64,000 bases of DNA from Bacilli bacterium (GCA_017528315.1 JAFXOW010000003.1:95222-159221); one strand, 5' to 3'; positions 19,147-30,166 are shown, counted from the first letter of the stretch. The notes: a model not told the origin generated them from the sequence alone. Made by a program: numbers and translations.

Positions 19147-20015
19147 AAAACCTCACTTACATCTATTACAAACCTATCCATAAGTAAATTTACATTTATA
19201 TTTAAAACCGTAAGTAATTTATTTTTATAAATCACTACTTTCTCTAAACAATTTATAATGTTATTTAGAGAAATCTCTCCTAAATTCGTTTCTATTATAT
19301 CACAACTATTGGAATTTAATACTAGTTCTTGATGATATTTTTTTTGAATTAAACAATCAAGGATTGCTTCCATTATATTGAATGCTTTTATAATATCCTC
19401 TCTTAATTCATAGTAATGAAAAAAATCTTGTTTTATATAAGCAAGGCTTCTTTCTTTTTCTTTAAATAATTTTTTTAAAAATAAACTTAAATTTTCAATA
19501 TCATCTAAACTAAATTGTTCTTCTTTTTTAGTCTTTAAAGATATTAATATACAACGAGAAATAATAGTAGAAAGCAAGGCTTTTCTATTGGTTGTAATTA
19601 ATATTCCATATATTCCATCCTGAGGTTCTTCTATAAATTTTAAAATAGAATTAGCTGTACTAATATTCATTTTATCTGCTTCTTTAATAATATAAACTTG
19701 ATTGGTATTATTAAATGATTTTAAACTTAAATCCTTTTGTAGTTCTATTACTTGTTCTTTTCTAATACTTGCTCCCATTGGTTCAATTATTTTTAAATCT
19801 TGATAGGTATTATTATCAATTAAATGACAAATATTACAATCACCACATTTGCTTTCTTCGGTATAATGATTTTTACATATTATCATTTTAGCAAATGAAA
19901 GTATCATAGGAAAACTGGTTTCTATATCATCTACTTCAAATATATAAGCATGATAATATTTTTTTAAATTACAAGCATATTTATAAAAAGAATTATCTTT
20001 AAAATCATCTAACAT
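19143..20015 (-). CDS. holB: DNA polymerase III subunit delta-prime
   Basis: Degenerate AAA+ clamp-loader fold with zinc-module Cys (CGDCNICH) and the SRC-like ISRC motif. Synteny supports the call. Confidence 0.75.
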   Translation of the reverse strand: MLDDFKDNSFYKYACNLKKYYHAYIFEVDDIETSFPMILSFAKMIICKNHYTEESKCGDCNICHLIDNNTYQDLKIIEPMGASIRKEQVIELQKDLSLKSFNNTNQVYIIKEADKMNISTANSILKFIEEPQDGIYGILITTNRKALLSTIISRCILISLKTKKEEQFSLDDIENLSLFLKKLFKEKERSLAYIKQDFFHYYELREDIIKAFNIMEAILDCLIQKKYHQELVLNSNSCDIIETNLGEISLNNIINCLEKVVIYKNKLLTVLNINVNLLMDRFVIDVSEVL

Positions 20016-20021
20016 TTTTTT

Positions 20022-20207
20022 CTACCACCCAACTGTTTTTAGAATAATTAAAGCAGCAAGACCTGGTATATCTAAAAATCCTACTGTTATAATAGTAAAA
20101 AAATTTATAGGTATGGTTATATTAAAATTAGATGCAATTAAATTGTAAGTATATAACATAAAACCACCTAAAATAAATTTTTTAAAATACTTAAATATTA
20201 CTTTCAT
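20022..20207 (-). CDS. bofA: BofA-like small membrane protein (pro-sigma-K processing inhibitor family)
   Basis: 61-aa two-TM protein ending in GFLDIPGLAALIILK. It sits next to recR, as bofA does in Bacillus. Confidence 0.5.
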   Translation of the reverse strand: MKVIFKYFKKFILGGFMLYTYNLIASNFNITIPINFFTIITVGFLDIPGLAALIILKTVGW

Positions 20208-20244
20208 ATTATCACCTATAATAAATTATGAAAGTTACTTTTGT

Positions 20245-20841
20245 TTATGATAGTTTTTTACGATTATCAAAGGCTTTTTCCAAAGTAATTGGATCAATAT
20301 ATTCCATATCTGCTCCCATTGGTATTCCTGATGCAAGACGAGATACTTCTATATTCATTCCATTTAAAACATTATTAATATATAATGCTGTCATTTCCCC
20401 TTCAAGGCAGGGCTTAACGGCAATTATAATTTCTTTAAATTTATTATCTTCTATTCTCTTAATTAATTTATCAAGTCTAATATCTTCGGGATTGATACCA
20501 TCTAGAGTTTGAATAAGGCCATTCAAAACATGATAATAGCCATTATAAATACCTAATTTTTCAATTGAAATAACCGTTTTAGGATCTTCTACAACACAAA
20601 GAATTTCTTTATTTCTTAACTTATCTTCGCATATATAACAAATATCTTCTTCAGTTATATGATTGCATATCTTACATCTTTTAATTTTAGTTTTAGCATT
20701 TTTAATAGCATCAGCTAAAAAGTCGGTTTGAATGTTTTCCATTCCCAAAATATGAAATGCCATACGTTCTGCTGTTTTTTCTCCTACTCCTGGAAAATAT
20801 TTAAAAGCTTCGATTAAATTATTTATACTCTTCGGATACAT
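20245..20841 (-). CDS. recR: Recombination protein RecR
   Basis: HhH start (LPGVGEKTAERMAF-like), C4 zinc finger CKICNH...CYIC and a Toprim domain. Confidence 0.95.
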   Translation of the reverse strand: MYPKSINNLIEAFKYFPGVGEKTAERMAFHILGMENIQTDFLADAIKNAKTKIKRCKICNHITEEDICYICEDKLRNKEILCVVEDPKTVISIEKLGIYNGYYHVLNGLIQTLDGINPEDIRLDKLIKRIEDNKFKEIIIAVKPCLEGEMTALYINNVLNGMNIEVSRLASGIPMGADMEYIDPITLEKAFDNRKKLS

Positions 20842-20843
20842 AA

Positions 20844-21143
20844 TTAAAATAATCCTGGCATCATACTTGAATATTTTCCCATTTTCTTTTCAGTTTCTTT
20901 ATCTACTTGTTTTAGACAGTCATTAACAGCTACTTGTATCATTTCTTCTAGTATTTCCATGTCGCTTACATCAAAGTCTTCTAAAGCGTTTATCTTAACA
21001 CTTAATACTTCTTTTTTACCATTTACTTTTACTGTTACAAATGAACTAGTACTAGTAAATTCCATCTTATCTATTTCTTCTTTGGTTTTTAACATATCTT
21101 TCTGTAAATTTTGTGCTTGTCTAAGCATAGCTTGCATATTCAT
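20844..21143 (-). CDS. ybaB: Nucleoid-associated protein YbaB/EbfC
   Basis: 99 aa, MLRQAQNLQKDM start. It lies between dnaX and recR. Confidence 0.9.
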   Translation of the reverse strand: MNMQAMLRQAQNLQKDMLKTKEEIDKMEFTSTSSFVTVKVNGKKEVLSVKINALEDFDVSDMEILEEMIQVAVNDCLKQVDKETEKKMGKYSSMMPGLF

Positions 21144-21155
21144 AAATTTTCTCTC

Positions 21156-22856
21156 CTATTCTATTTCTACAATTTCTGTTCCAAAAGCATCAAGTGCTTT
21201 ATCAACTAAATTAGTATAACTTAAATCTTCTTTTTTTTCAATTATTTCTTTATAATTTATAAATGGTTTAATTTCCTCTTTATATTCATAATAACCATCA
21301 TCTTTCATATGTTCTTTATAATTATTAACTTCTATTTTAAATTCATCTGTCGTTAAAAGAACTATTTTAATACTATTTTCCATAATTTTACTTATTAGTT
21401 CTATAACTTTATCAAAATTACTATATATATCATCTATCAAAGTATCATACTTTGCTGTTAAAATTATATTATTTTTACTTACTACTCCAATAGTTGTATC
21501 TTTTAACAAACCCGCAACATAAGAATATTCTGTAGATACTAAATAATCATCTAATTTTTTCCACTTATCAAGAGCAATATTTTTTAACATCTTACTGGCA
21601 AGAGCAAAAGTATTATTTATTCTAATTTTTTTTGTGTCTAAATCAACACTATATTTCAGAATTTTATTTTGGCTGTTTTTTTCTTCTTTTTTTATGTTTT
21701 TAATTTCAACTGTTGGTCTACTTTCTTTATTTACAACCAAGTCATGAGATATTTCTCGGGAAATATTGCTTGGAGACTCCTCCACCACTTCTGTAGCAAA
21801 AAAGCTTTTTTTAGTCTCGTTAAAAGCATTCATAAATTTTAATAATTTTACTTCAACAATTATCTTTCTATTAATTGCTTCTTTTAAAAGATTATATATT
21901 TCATTAAAACACATTATTAAATTATATAATTCATGTGGATCAAGAGATTTATCTGATTTATCTTGATAACAGAAGACCATTAAATCTCGACATTCTTGCA
22001 TAAGTTTTTCCAAAAGTTTAGAAAAATCATATCCTAATTCATCAAACTTATTTAATGTTTTTATTACCTTTTCATTTTCTTTATTTATAATTTGTTTAAT
22101 AAACTCATCCATATCCTGCTTTGAAATAAGTCCATTTATTTTTAAAAAATCATTAGTAGTAATTTTATTAAGCGAATAGGATGCTAATTTATCAAGCATT
22201 CCTAAAGCATCTCTTAACCCTCCTTCAGAGTACTCGGCTATTTCATGAATTGCTTCATCTTCTATGTTAATATGTTCTAAATCTGCTATTTCACGAAGTC
22301 TATGCTCAATACTACTAGTTTTAATTCTTGTAAAATTCAAGCATTGGCATCTTGATATAATTGTCGTGGGAACTTTATAAAATTCCGTAGTTGCCAATAT
22401 AAAAATAACATGACTGGGAGGTTCCTCAATAGTTTTTAAAAGAGCATTAAAAGCACTTATAGATAACATATGTACTTCATCGATTATATAGACTTTATAT
22501 TTTAATTTATTTGGTACTAAATTTATTTTACTTTTTAGGTCTCTTATTTCATCTACTCCATTATTACTAGCAGCATCTATTTCTATTATATCAGGACTAT
22601 TATTTAAAATATCTAAGCAATTCTCACATTTACCACACACCGAAAAATCATCATTTAAATCTAAACAATTAATCGTTTTAGCTACTAATTTAGCAATGGT
22701 TGTTTTTCCTGTTCCTCTAGGTCCCGAAAACAAATAAGCATGTGATATATGCCCTTCTTTTAAGGAATTAGTTAAAATTTTCAAAGTATTTTCTTGATCA
22801 ACTACATCACTAAATTTTGTTGGTCTATATTTACGATATAAGGCTAGATATTCCAT
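21156..22856 (-). CDS. dnaX: DNA polymerase III subunit tau
   Basis: GPRGTGKTT Walker A, zinc module CGKCENC, DEVHMLS and SRC. Confidence 0.95.
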   Translation of the reverse strand: MEYLALYRKYRPTKFSDVVDQENTLKILTNSLKEGHISHAYLFSGPRGTGKTTIAKLVAKTINCLDLNDDFSVCGKCENCLDILNNSPDIIEIDAASNNGVDEIRDLKSKINLVPNKLKYKVYIIDEVHMLSISAFNALLKTIEEPPSHVIFILATTEFYKVPTTIISRCQCLNFTRIKTSSIEHRLREIADLEHINIEDEAIHEIAEYSEGGLRDALGMLDKLASYSLNKITTNDFLKINGLISKQDMDEFIKQIINKENEKVIKTLNKFDELGYDFSKLLEKLMQECRDLMVFCYQDKSDKSLDPHELYNLIMCFNEIYNLLKEAINRKIIVEVKLLKFMNAFNETKKSFFATEVVEESPSNISREISHDLVVNKESRPTVEIKNIKKEEKNSQNKILKYSVDLDTKKIRINNTFALASKMLKNIALDKWKKLDDYLVSTEYSYVAGLLKDTTIGVVSKNNIILTAKYDTLIDDIYSNFDKVIELISKIMENSIKIVLLTTDEFKIEVNNYKEHMKDDGYYEYKEEIKPFINYKEIIEKKEDLSYTNLVDKALDAFGTEIVEIE

Positions 22857-22962
22857 AATTATCCCATTTCCTTTCTATTCAATATTTTATCATAAAATAT
22901 TTATTTAATGATATAACTTTACTTAAATTTATTAAAAAAGATAGTCGTTTATAAATTATATC

Positions 22963-23433
22963 TTAACTATCTTTCTTAATTTTATTTCTCTGTTCTTTAA
23001 AAAACTTACTTAATATTTTTATACATTTATCTTTTAAGATGCCCTCAACTACCTCTACTTTCGGACTTGTATTATTTCCTTCAAATATTTTATGAACTAC
23101 TTCCTTATTATTATGATCAAGAGATGGTGCACCTATTACTAACTTTTCAATTCTTGATTGAAGAATGGCACTAGCACACATTGAACAAGGAAATAAAGTA
23201 ACATACATCACCATACCTTCAAGTCTCCAATCACGAATTTTACGACTTGCCTTTTTTATAGCTATTAATTCAGCATGACGAGTTATATCATATTTTTTTT
23301 CTTTTAAATTATATCCACGACATATTATTTTATTTTTATAAACGATAACTGTTCCAACCGGAACCTCACCTTTTTTATAAGCCTTTTCGGCTTCTTTTAA
23401 AGCAAATTCCATAAAGTATTCATCTTTATTCAT
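22963..23433 (-). CDS. tadA: tRNA-specific adenosine deaminase
   Basis: CDA zinc motifs HAELIAI and PCSMCASA. Confidence 0.9.
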   Translation of the reverse strand: MNKDEYFMEFALKEAEKAYKKGEVPVGTVIVYKNKIICRGYNLKEKKYDITRHAELIAIKKASRKIRDWRLEGMVMYVTLFPCSMCASAILQSRIEKLVIGAPSLDHNNKEVVHKIFEGNNTSPKVEVVEGILKDKCIKILSKFFKEQRNKIKKDS

Positions 23434-23449
23434 TCAATCACACCCAAAT

Positions 23450-23525
23450 AAAAAGTGCACACAAGAGATGAATGTTAAGGCTGCTACTTTCCAGTCCTGA
23501 CCTGGTTCCACCTCTCTTGTTGCAC
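23450..23525 (-). ncRNA. ffs: Small SRP RNA (4.5S-like, domain IV hairpin only)
   Basis: The minus strand GUGCAACAAGAGAGGUGGAACCAGGUCAGGACUGGAAAGUAGCAGCCUUAACAUUCAUCUCUUGUGUGCAC folds as one long hairpin. Its apical part matches the conserved SRP motif ACCAGGUCAGGUCCGGAAGGAAGCAGCC of E. coli 4.5S. Promoter TTGCTT-17-TAATAT places +1 near 23525, and a U-run follows the helix. Confidence 0.8.
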
Positions 23526-23750
23526 GTATATATATTACTACATTTTATTTATTAAAGCAAGGATTTTCTAAATTTAATTAAAAATAAAATATTAATTTTT
23601 GTGTACAATTTATGTCAAATTTACGTATAACCTCTTGACAAGAATTGGTTTGTTTTTGCTATAATGTATATAGTTCTTTATAGCCCCTAAAAGTACTTAA
23701 GGGCCCAATAGTATATAAATGGTTTCGCGAAAAACGGATTTTTTATCCAC

Positions 23751-23800
23751 AAAATTAAAAAAGATACTGAATTTAATCTTGTTCAGTATCTTTTATTTTA
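23751..23800. terminator. Bidirectional hairpin terminator at the gyrA 3' end
   Basis: AGATACTGAA-N10-TTCAGTATCT with T-runs on both strands. It overlaps the last gyrA codons. Confidence 0.6.
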
Positions 23801-26391
23801 TCAGTATTAGAAGACTCTTCTTCTATTTCTTCGTCATTAGAAACAACAGTAACAGTTGCAACTTTTTGCTCTCCTTTGGTATTAATTAATTTAACTCCTT
23901 GAGTATTACGACTTAGACTATTTACTTGAGAAAGAGAAATTCTAATTATAATACCAGATTCAGTAATCATGATGACATCTTCATCACCACTAACCGTTGT
24001 GAATGCAACTAAATTACCATTTTTTTCTGTCACTTTTAAAGCCTTAACACCTTTTGATCCACGACGAGTCAATCGATATTCTTCAATTGCTGATTTCTTT
24101 CCATAGCCTTTTTCAGTTACGACAAGCACTTGTTGACCAAGATTTATTACATCTCCTCCGACAACAGTTTGGTTATCATCTAAGAAAATACCTTTTACTC
24201 CTGATGCTGTACGTCCCATTATTCTAATGCCATCTTCTTTAAATCTTACCATTCTTCCATCACTGGATGCGAGAATTATTTCATTTTCACCACTTGTTTT
24301 ACGAACAGCTATTAAATCATCATTATCTCTTAAAGTAATAGCATATTTACCATTACTACGAATATTATCAAATTCTTCGATTTTTGTTCGTTTAACAAGA
24401 CCCAGTTTTGTTGCAAACAACAAATATTTTGCTTCTTCATCACGAGCTTTAACTGAGATTATTGAAGTAATTTGCTCTTCTTTTTCTATTGGAAGCAAAT
24501 TAATAATTGGAAGTCCTTTACCCGTTCTTGCGTATTCTGGTACTTCATAACCTTTCATGCGATATACTCGACCACGATTAGAGAAGAACAATATATAATC
24601 ATGGGTTTCCATATTAATCATTTTAGTAGCAAAATCTTCTTCAGCTGTTTGCATACCCTTTATACCAACACCGCCACGATTTTGAGTTCTATATTCACTT
24701 ACTGGTACACGTTTAATATATCCTTTATTAGTTAAAGTAACTAAAATACTTTCAACAGGTATTAATGCTTCATCTTCTATCGAAGAAATAGCCGTCATAT
24801 CTATATGGGTTCTTCTATCATCTCCATATTTCTTTTTAATTTCGAGCATCTCTTCTTTAATAATAGCATCAACCCTTTCTGGTTTGGCAAGAATATCTTT
24901 AAAATCAGCAATCTTTATTACTAATTCTTCTAGTTCTGCTTCAACTTTACTACGTTCAAGACCTGTTAAACGACGCAACCTCATTTCTAAAATATTATTA
25001 GATTGAATTTCGTCAAGATTAAAACGACTCATTAAATTTTGACGTGCTTCTTCATCACTTTCGGCATTTCTAATAATATGAACAACTTCATCAATGTTAT
25101 CAAGAGCAATTTTTAATCCTTCTAAAATATGAACTCTTTCTTCGGCTTTTCCTAAATCATATTTTGTTCGTCTTACAATTACACTTCTTTGATGATCTAT
25201 ATATTTAGAAATAATATCTTTTAATCCTAAAGTTCTTGGTGTTAAACCATCTAACATCAAGAATATAATTCCATAATTAACTTGAAAATTTGTATGCTTA
25301 TATAAATTATTTAGTACTACTTGAGGATTAGCGTCGCGTTTTAAAGTAATTGTTATTTTTACTCCATCTTTCAAATCAGTATGATAATCACTTATGCCTT
25401 CTATTACTTTGTTATGAACAAGTTCAGCAACTTTATTCTTAAGTTCCATAGTATTTACACCATAAGGTACTTCGGTAAAAATTATTTCACTATGATTACC
25501 ATGTTCTACAATTTCCGCTTTACTTCTTATGGTTATACTTCCACGACCAGTTTCATAAGCTTGTCTTATACCAGAATTACCTAAAATTATCCCACCTGTT
25601 GGAAAATCAGGTCCCTTAATATATTGCATTAAGCCAAAGGTATCTATTTCTGGATTATCAATATAAGCAACACAACCATCAATTACTTCTCCTAAATTAT
25701 GAGGTGGAATATTGGTTGCCATACCAACAGCAATTCCCATTGAACCATTAACTAATATATTGGGAAATCTTGAAGGTAAAACTTTAGGTTCTTTTTGAGT
25801 CTCATCAAAATTTAAATCCATATCTACGGTATCTTTTCCAATATCACGAAGCAGTTCTAAAGAAATCTTAGCAAGTCGTGCTTCTGTATAACGATAAGCA
25901 GCTGCACCATCTCCTTCTATATTACCAAAATTACCGTGTCCATCAACTAGCATATAACGTTGATTAAAGTCTTGAGCTAAACGAACCATGGCATCATATA
26001 TTGATGAATCTCCATGAGGATGATAATGTCCCATAACATATCCAACCGTTGTTGCTGACTTTCTATGTGGCTTATCTGGTGTATTTCCCTCTTCGTACAT
26101 TGACCATAAAATTCTTCTATGAACGGGTTTTAGTCCATCTCTTAAATCAGGAATAGCACGTGATGTTATGACACTCATGGAATAATCTAGAAACGAATCT
26201 CTTACTTCTTTAACAATATCATTTTTATCATGACTATCATATTCATGAAAAGTTCCACCATAATCTTTATTATTTTTTATTGTATCTTCATTAGAAGTAA
26301 TAGGAGTATCAACTAGTGAAGAATTATCTCTATCTTGAGCATCTAGATTTGCTCTTTCTATTAAGTTTTCTATATCTTTATTGTCTTCCAT
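23773..26391 (-). CDS. gyrA: DNA gyrase subunit A
   Basis: Active-site region AAAYRYTEARL, QRDR-like HPHGDSSIYDA and C-terminal beta-pinwheel repeats. Confidence 0.97.
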   Translation of the reverse strand: MEDNKDIENLIERANLDAQDRDNSSLVDTPITSNEDTIKNNKDYGGTFHEYDSHDKNDIVKEVRDSFLDYSMSVITSRAIPDLRDGLKPVHRRILWSMYEEGNTPDKPHRKSATTVGYVMGHYHPHGDSSIYDAMVRLAQDFNQRYMLVDGHGNFGNIEGDGAAAYRYTEARLAKISLELLRDIGKDTVDMDLNFDETQKEPKVLPSRFPNILVNGSMGIAVGMATNIPPHNLGEVIDGCVAYIDNPEIDTFGLMQYIKGPDFPTGGIILGNSGIRQAYETGRGSITIRSKAEIVEHGNHSEIIFTEVPYGVNTMELKNKVAELVHNKVIEGISDYHTDLKDGVKITITLKRDANPQVVLNNLYKHTNFQVNYGIIFLMLDGLTPRTLGLKDIISKYIDHQRSVIVRRTKYDLGKAEERVHILEGLKIALDNIDEVVHIIRNAESDEEARQNLMSRFNLDEIQSNNILEMRLRRLTGLERSKVEAELEELVIKIADFKDILAKPERVDAIIKEEMLEIKKKYGDDRRTHIDMTAISSIEDEALIPVESILVTLTNKGYIKRVPVSEYRTQNRGGVGIKGMQTAEEDFATKMINMETHDYILFFSNRGRVYRMKGYEVPEYARTGKGLPIINLLPIEKEEQITSIISVKARDEEAKYLLFATKLGLVKRTKIEEFDNIRSNGKYAITLRDNDDLIAVRKTSGENEIILASSDGRMVRFKEDGIRIMGRTASGVKGIFLDDNQTVVGGDVINLGQQVLVVTEKGYGKKSAIEEYRLTRRGSKGVKALKVTEKNGNLVAFTTVSGDEDVIMITESGIIIRISLSQVNSLSRNTQGVKLINTKGEQKVATVTVVSNDEEIEEESSNTDKIKDTEQD

Positions 26392-26401
26392 ATTCTACCT
26401 C

Positions 26402-28336
26402 CTATATATCCAAGTTTTTAACAAACTCAGCATTTTCTTCAATAAATGTACGACGAGGTTCAACTTCATCTCCCATTAATTTCTCAAATATTGAATCTGC
26501 TGCTATGCAATCGTCTACTGTTATCTTTCTAAGAACTCGTTTATTTATATCCATTGTTGTTTCATTTAATTCTTCAGCATCCATTTCTCCTAATCCTTTC
26601 ATACGAGCAATTTCAGCACGATTTCTAATGTTTTCTGGCAAAGAATTCATATAGGCTTCCTTTTCTTCATCAGTTAAAACATATTTTCTGGTTTTCCCAT
26701 GCATAATTCTAAATAGTGGAGGTTGGGCAGCGTAAACATGTCCTGCTTCAACTATCGGTCTAAAGAAACGGTAGAAAAGTGTTAATAGTAAAACTCGAAT
26801 ATGTGAACCATCAACATCGGCATCGGTCATGATGATAATCTTATCATATCTTAATTTTGATAAATCAAAATAATCTCCTATCCCTGTTCCAAAAGCCGAT
26901 ATTATTGTTTTTATTTCTTCATTTCCCAAAGCTCTATCAAGACGTGCTTTTTCGACATTTAATATTTTTCCACGAAGTGGTAATATTGCTTGAGTCATTG
27001 AGTCACGTCCTTTTTTAGCACTTCCACCAGCTGAATCTCCCTCGACTATAAATATTTCTGATATGGTTGGATCTTTACTTTTACAATCTGATAACTTTCC
27101 AAAAAAGTTAGTTGTTGCTAAATCGCTTTTTCTCGTTGCTTCTCGGGCTTTCTTTGCAGCCATACGAGCATTTCTTGCAAGTATTGCCTTACCAATAATC
27201 ACTTTAGCTTCTTCAGGATTTTCTAATAAGAAGTTTTCAAAGCCATCAGAGAAAACACTATCAGCAAGATTTTTTACTTCACTATTACCAAGACGTCCTT
27301 TGGTTTGTCCTTCAAATTGAGGATTTGGATGTTTACAAGAAATAATCATGGTAAGACCTTCCTTAACATCATCCTCTTTTAAATTTTCATCTTTTTCTTT
27401 TAAAATATTATTTTTTCTAGCATAACTATTGATTACTCTTGTTAAAGCACGTTTTACTCCATCTTCATGGGTTCCACCATCATGAGTATTAATGTTATTA
27501 ACAAATGAATAAATATTAGCATTATATGAAGTATTATATTGCATTGCAACTTCAAAGAATACTCCATCTTTTTCCCCTGTTAAATGAATAATATCTTCAT
27601 GAATCGGTGTTTTTTCTTTATTTATAAAACGCACATATTCACTTATTCCACCTTCATACATGAATGTTTCGCCGGTTGTATCTTCTAAATCCCTATCATC
27701 TCTAATATTAAGTGATAATCCTCTATTTAAAAAAGCAAGTTCACGAACTCGTGTTTTTAATGTTTCATAATCATATATTTCTGAATCAAAAATATCAGGA
27801 TCAGGTTTAAAAGTTACAGTTGTCCCTGTTCTGTTTTCATCACATTCTCCAATTACATGAAGAGGTTCGGTTGTATGTCCTCCATTTTCAAATCTGATTT
27901 TATGAATTTTACCATTTTTATAAACAAATACTTCTACCCATTTAGATAAAGCGTTTACAACACTTGCTCCAACTCCATGAAGTCCACCTGATACTTTGTA
28001 TCCTCCTCCACCAAATTTTCCTCCGGCATGAAGTACTGTATAAACCGTTTCCACCGTTGAAATATGTGTCTTTGGATGAATATCTACTGGTATTCCACGA
28101 CCATCATCTTTTACTGTTATAGAATTGTCTTTATTTATTACTATTTCTATATTATTACAATATCCTGCTAATGCTTCATCTATTGAGTTATCTACTATTT
28201 CCCAAACCAAATGATGAAGTCCCTTAACATCTGTTGTACCAATGTACATTCCTGGTCTTTTTCTAACCGCTTCAAGCCCTTCTAATACTTGTATTGCTGA
28301 TGAATCATAATTTTCCATTACTTTTTCTTCTTGCAT
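26402..28336 (-). CDS. gyrB: DNA gyrase subunit B (start 28336 with a GGTGG RBS; alternative ATG at 28318 overlapping the recF stop)
   Basis: GHKL ATPase motifs ([14 protein letters not shown]), Toprim EGDSAGG and PLRGKILNV. Confidence 0.97.
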   Translation of the reverse strand: MQEEKVMENYDSSAIQVLEGLEAVRKRPGMYIGTTDVKGLHHLVWEIVDNSIDEALAGYCNNIEIVINKDNSITVKDDGRGIPVDIHPKTHISTVETVYTVLHAGGKFGGGGYKVSGGLHGVGASVVNALSKWVEVFVYKNGKIHKIRFENGGHTTEPLHVIGECDENRTGTTVTFKPDPDIFDSEIYDYETLKTRVRELAFLNRGLSLNIRDDRDLEDTTGETFMYEGGISEYVRFINKEKTPIHEDIIHLTGEKDGVFFEVAMQYNTSYNANIYSFVNNINTHDGGTHEDGVKRALTRVINSYARKNNILKEKDENLKEDDVKEGLTMIISCKHPNPQFEGQTKGRLGNSEVKNLADSVFSDGFENFLLENPEEAKVIIGKAILARNARMAAKKAREATRKSDLATTNFFGKLSDCKSKDPTISEIFIVEGDSAGGSAKKGRDSMTQAILPLRGKILNVEKARLDRALGNEEIKTIISAFGTGIGDYFDLSKLRYDKIIIMTDADVDGSHIRVLLLTLFYRFFRPIVEAGHVYAAQPPLFRIMHGKTRKYVLTDEEKEAYMNSLPENIRNRAEIARMKGLGEMDAEELNETTMDINKRVLRKITVDDCIAADSIFEKLMGDEVEPRRTFIEENAEFVKNLDI

Positions 28337-29454
28337 TTTGCACCACCTTTTATTTTTATTTCTCCATTTTTAATTTTAAATATTTTAGCACCATTAACTA
28401 AATCCTGTTCAATCTCTTCTAAATCAGTTGTTGTAATGATAACTTGAATATCCTTTTTTAAAAATTTAACAATATTATTTCTTCTTTTAATATCTATTTC
28501 TGAAAAAACATCATCAAGAAGTAAAACTGGATATTCATGCTTAATATTCTTGAATACTAATAATTCTGCTATTTTATAAGCTATTACAATTAGTCTTTGT
28601 TGACCTTGAGAAGCATAAATCTTAGCATCTAAATTATTAATTAAAAATATTAAATCATCTCGATGTAATCCATTTAAAGTCATACCTTGCATCATTTCTT
28701 TATACAAATTCTTTTTGTATTTTTCTTGCATCATTTCCCTAATTGATTTTACATCATATTTATCTATACCTAAATTATTTTGATAATAGACCTTAATATC
28801 ACTTATTCCTGTTAATTTTTTATAGATATTGGGCAAGATTTTATTTATTTCAGAAATATAAAAAAACCTAAAATAATAAATTTTTAAACTTACATCAATC
28901 ATTTTATTATTAATTATATCCAAGTATTTAGTATCTGCTTGACCATTTAGATTTATTCTCTTTAAATATTCATTTCGAATCTTTAATAAACTATTATATT
29001 CATTTACATGTTTTAAATAATTATTATATAAAAGTCCTATTTGAATATTCAAAATATTTCTTCTAACACTAGGAGATCCTTTTATTATTTCAATGTCATT
29101 TGGAAGAAAAGATGTCACACAAAATTCTGATATATAGTCAGATATTTTTTTTATTTGATTTCCATTAATATAAACTCTCTTAGTAAATTTATCGATTGTT
29201 ACTTTATATTTTTTTTCATAGTCATCAAATTTAACATTTCCCGCTACTTGAAGATTAGATTCCTCATGTCTAATCAAATCTAAATCTGTTCCATATCTAC
29301 TTGACTTAGTTAATGAAAGTACGTATATTGCTTCTAAAATATTGGTTTTACCACTGCCATTTTCGCCAATAAAGATATTTATCCCTGGATTAAACTCTAA
29401 GATTACTTCTTTATAATTACGAAAATTTACTAGTTTTAACTCTCTTAATTTCAT
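28318..29454 (-). CDS. recF: DNA replication and repair protein RecF
   Basis: Walker [10 protein letters not shown], signature SQGQQR and Walker B LLLDDV. Confidence 0.95.
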   Translation of the reverse strand: MKLRELKLVNFRNYKEVILEFNPGINIFIGENGSGKTNILEAIYVLSLTKSSRYGTDLDLIRHEESNLQVAGNVKFDDYEKKYKVTIDKFTKRVYINGNQIKKISDYISEFCVTSFLPNDIEIIKGSPSVRRNILNIQIGLLYNNYLKHVNEYNSLLKIRNEYLKRINLNGQADTKYLDIINNKMIDVSLKIYYFRFFYISEINKILPNIYKKLTGISDIKVYYQNNLGIDKYDVKSIREMMQEKYKKNLYKEMMQGMTLNGLHRDDLIFLINNLDAKIYASQGQQRLIVIAYKIAELLVFKNIKHEYPVLLLDDVFSEIDIKRRNNIVKFLKKDIQVIITTTDLEEIEQDLVNGAKIFKIKNGEIKIKGGAKCKKKK

Positions 29455-29581
29455 AAATACGTTCCTTTTGCCTTTAAAACAATTTTTTAGTTAAGTAATA
29501 TACCTATACCTGCTTATATATTATATCACAAATTTAGCCTAAAACAACCCCAAATAACATTTTTAGACATTTTTAAGTACT

Positions 29582-29617
29582 ATAAAACCCTAATTAAGAA
29601 AATAATCTTAATTAAGG
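29582..29617 (-). terminator. Intrinsic terminator of the comK-like gene
   Basis: Minus strand CCTTAATTAAG-ATTATTT-CTTAATTAGGG followed by TTTTAT. Confidence 0.65.
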
Positions 29618-29628
29618 CAAATATTATT

Positions 29629-30090
29629 TTACATTGTTTTTTTCTCTATTCTTTTACTAAATAATTGTTGTAGTCGTGTAGCTCTTAGAAGTTGCATCTC
29701 AAATGACGAACAAGACATACGTAAAACAACACTTTTTCCACCTTCAAAGGTTACTTTAGTATATCCTCCTTGAGGTTCATATTTAGAGACATTATTAAGT
29801 GATATCCAAGAACATTTATTATTTGCTAAACCATTTGTTGGAAAGAAGATAATACTATTGGTTTCTTCAACAATAATTGGTAATTTATAATTACTACCTA
29901 ATATCATCTTAGTACCTTTAAGTCTTCCATCATAGCTACTTCCATAAAAAGAACAACTATCTTCCATTACCTCAAAACTAGTTTTAGGCAAAAAATATTC
30001 CTGATTATTTTCTATCACCTTAGATACTTCATCGTTAACATTTAAAACAGCACAAGTGTTCTTATTAATTTCATAACTATCAATATCCAT
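29629..30090 (-). CDS. comK: ComK-family transcription factor
   Basis: Aligns block by block with my recollection of B. subtilis ComK. SCSFYGSSYDGRLKGT matches SCRFFGSSYAGRKAGT. YKLPIIV matches HKPPIMV. IIFFPT...CSWIS matches IFLFPT...CGWIS. VTFEGGKSVVL...SSFEMQLLRA matches VTFSNGKTMEL...NSFENQVYRTA. RBS AGGGGGTGA. Confidence 0.8.
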   Translation of the reverse strand: MDIDSYEINKNTCAVLNVNDEVSKVIENNQEYFLPKTSFEVMEDSCSFYGSSYDGRLKGTKMILGSNYKLPIIVEETNSIIFFPTNGLANNKCSWISLNNVSKYEPQGGYTKVTFEGGKSVVLRMSCSSFEMQLLRATRLQQLFSKRIEKKTM

Positions 30091-30166
30091 TACTTCACCC
30101 CCTATACATTTAAATTAAATCTAAATTTTTTCACTTGAAAATGAATAAAACTTAAATTTGGTTGAT

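Noticed and set aside
21806-21812. An A7 run (ACU AAA AAA AGC) in dnaX just after the clamp-loader core. It is at the position where E. coli makes gamma by -1 frameshifting and Thermus uses transcriptional slippage.
   Set aside because: The heptamer is not a canonical X XXY YYZ in the zero frame. I see no obvious downstream stem-loop. A7 runs are frequent in this AT-rich genome, and Bacillus-type dnaX is not known to frameshift. It would be worth testing only if a short DnaX product is observed.
24227-24735. Two plus-strand ORFs (107 and 87 aa) inside gyrA. Similar ones lie at 25381-25584 and 26316-26654, and at 27063-27320 inside gyrB.
   Set aside because: They are antisense shadows of well-supported genes. 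They have low-complexity Ser/Phe/Ile-rich translations typical of the reverse frame of AT-rich coding DNA, and no RBS.
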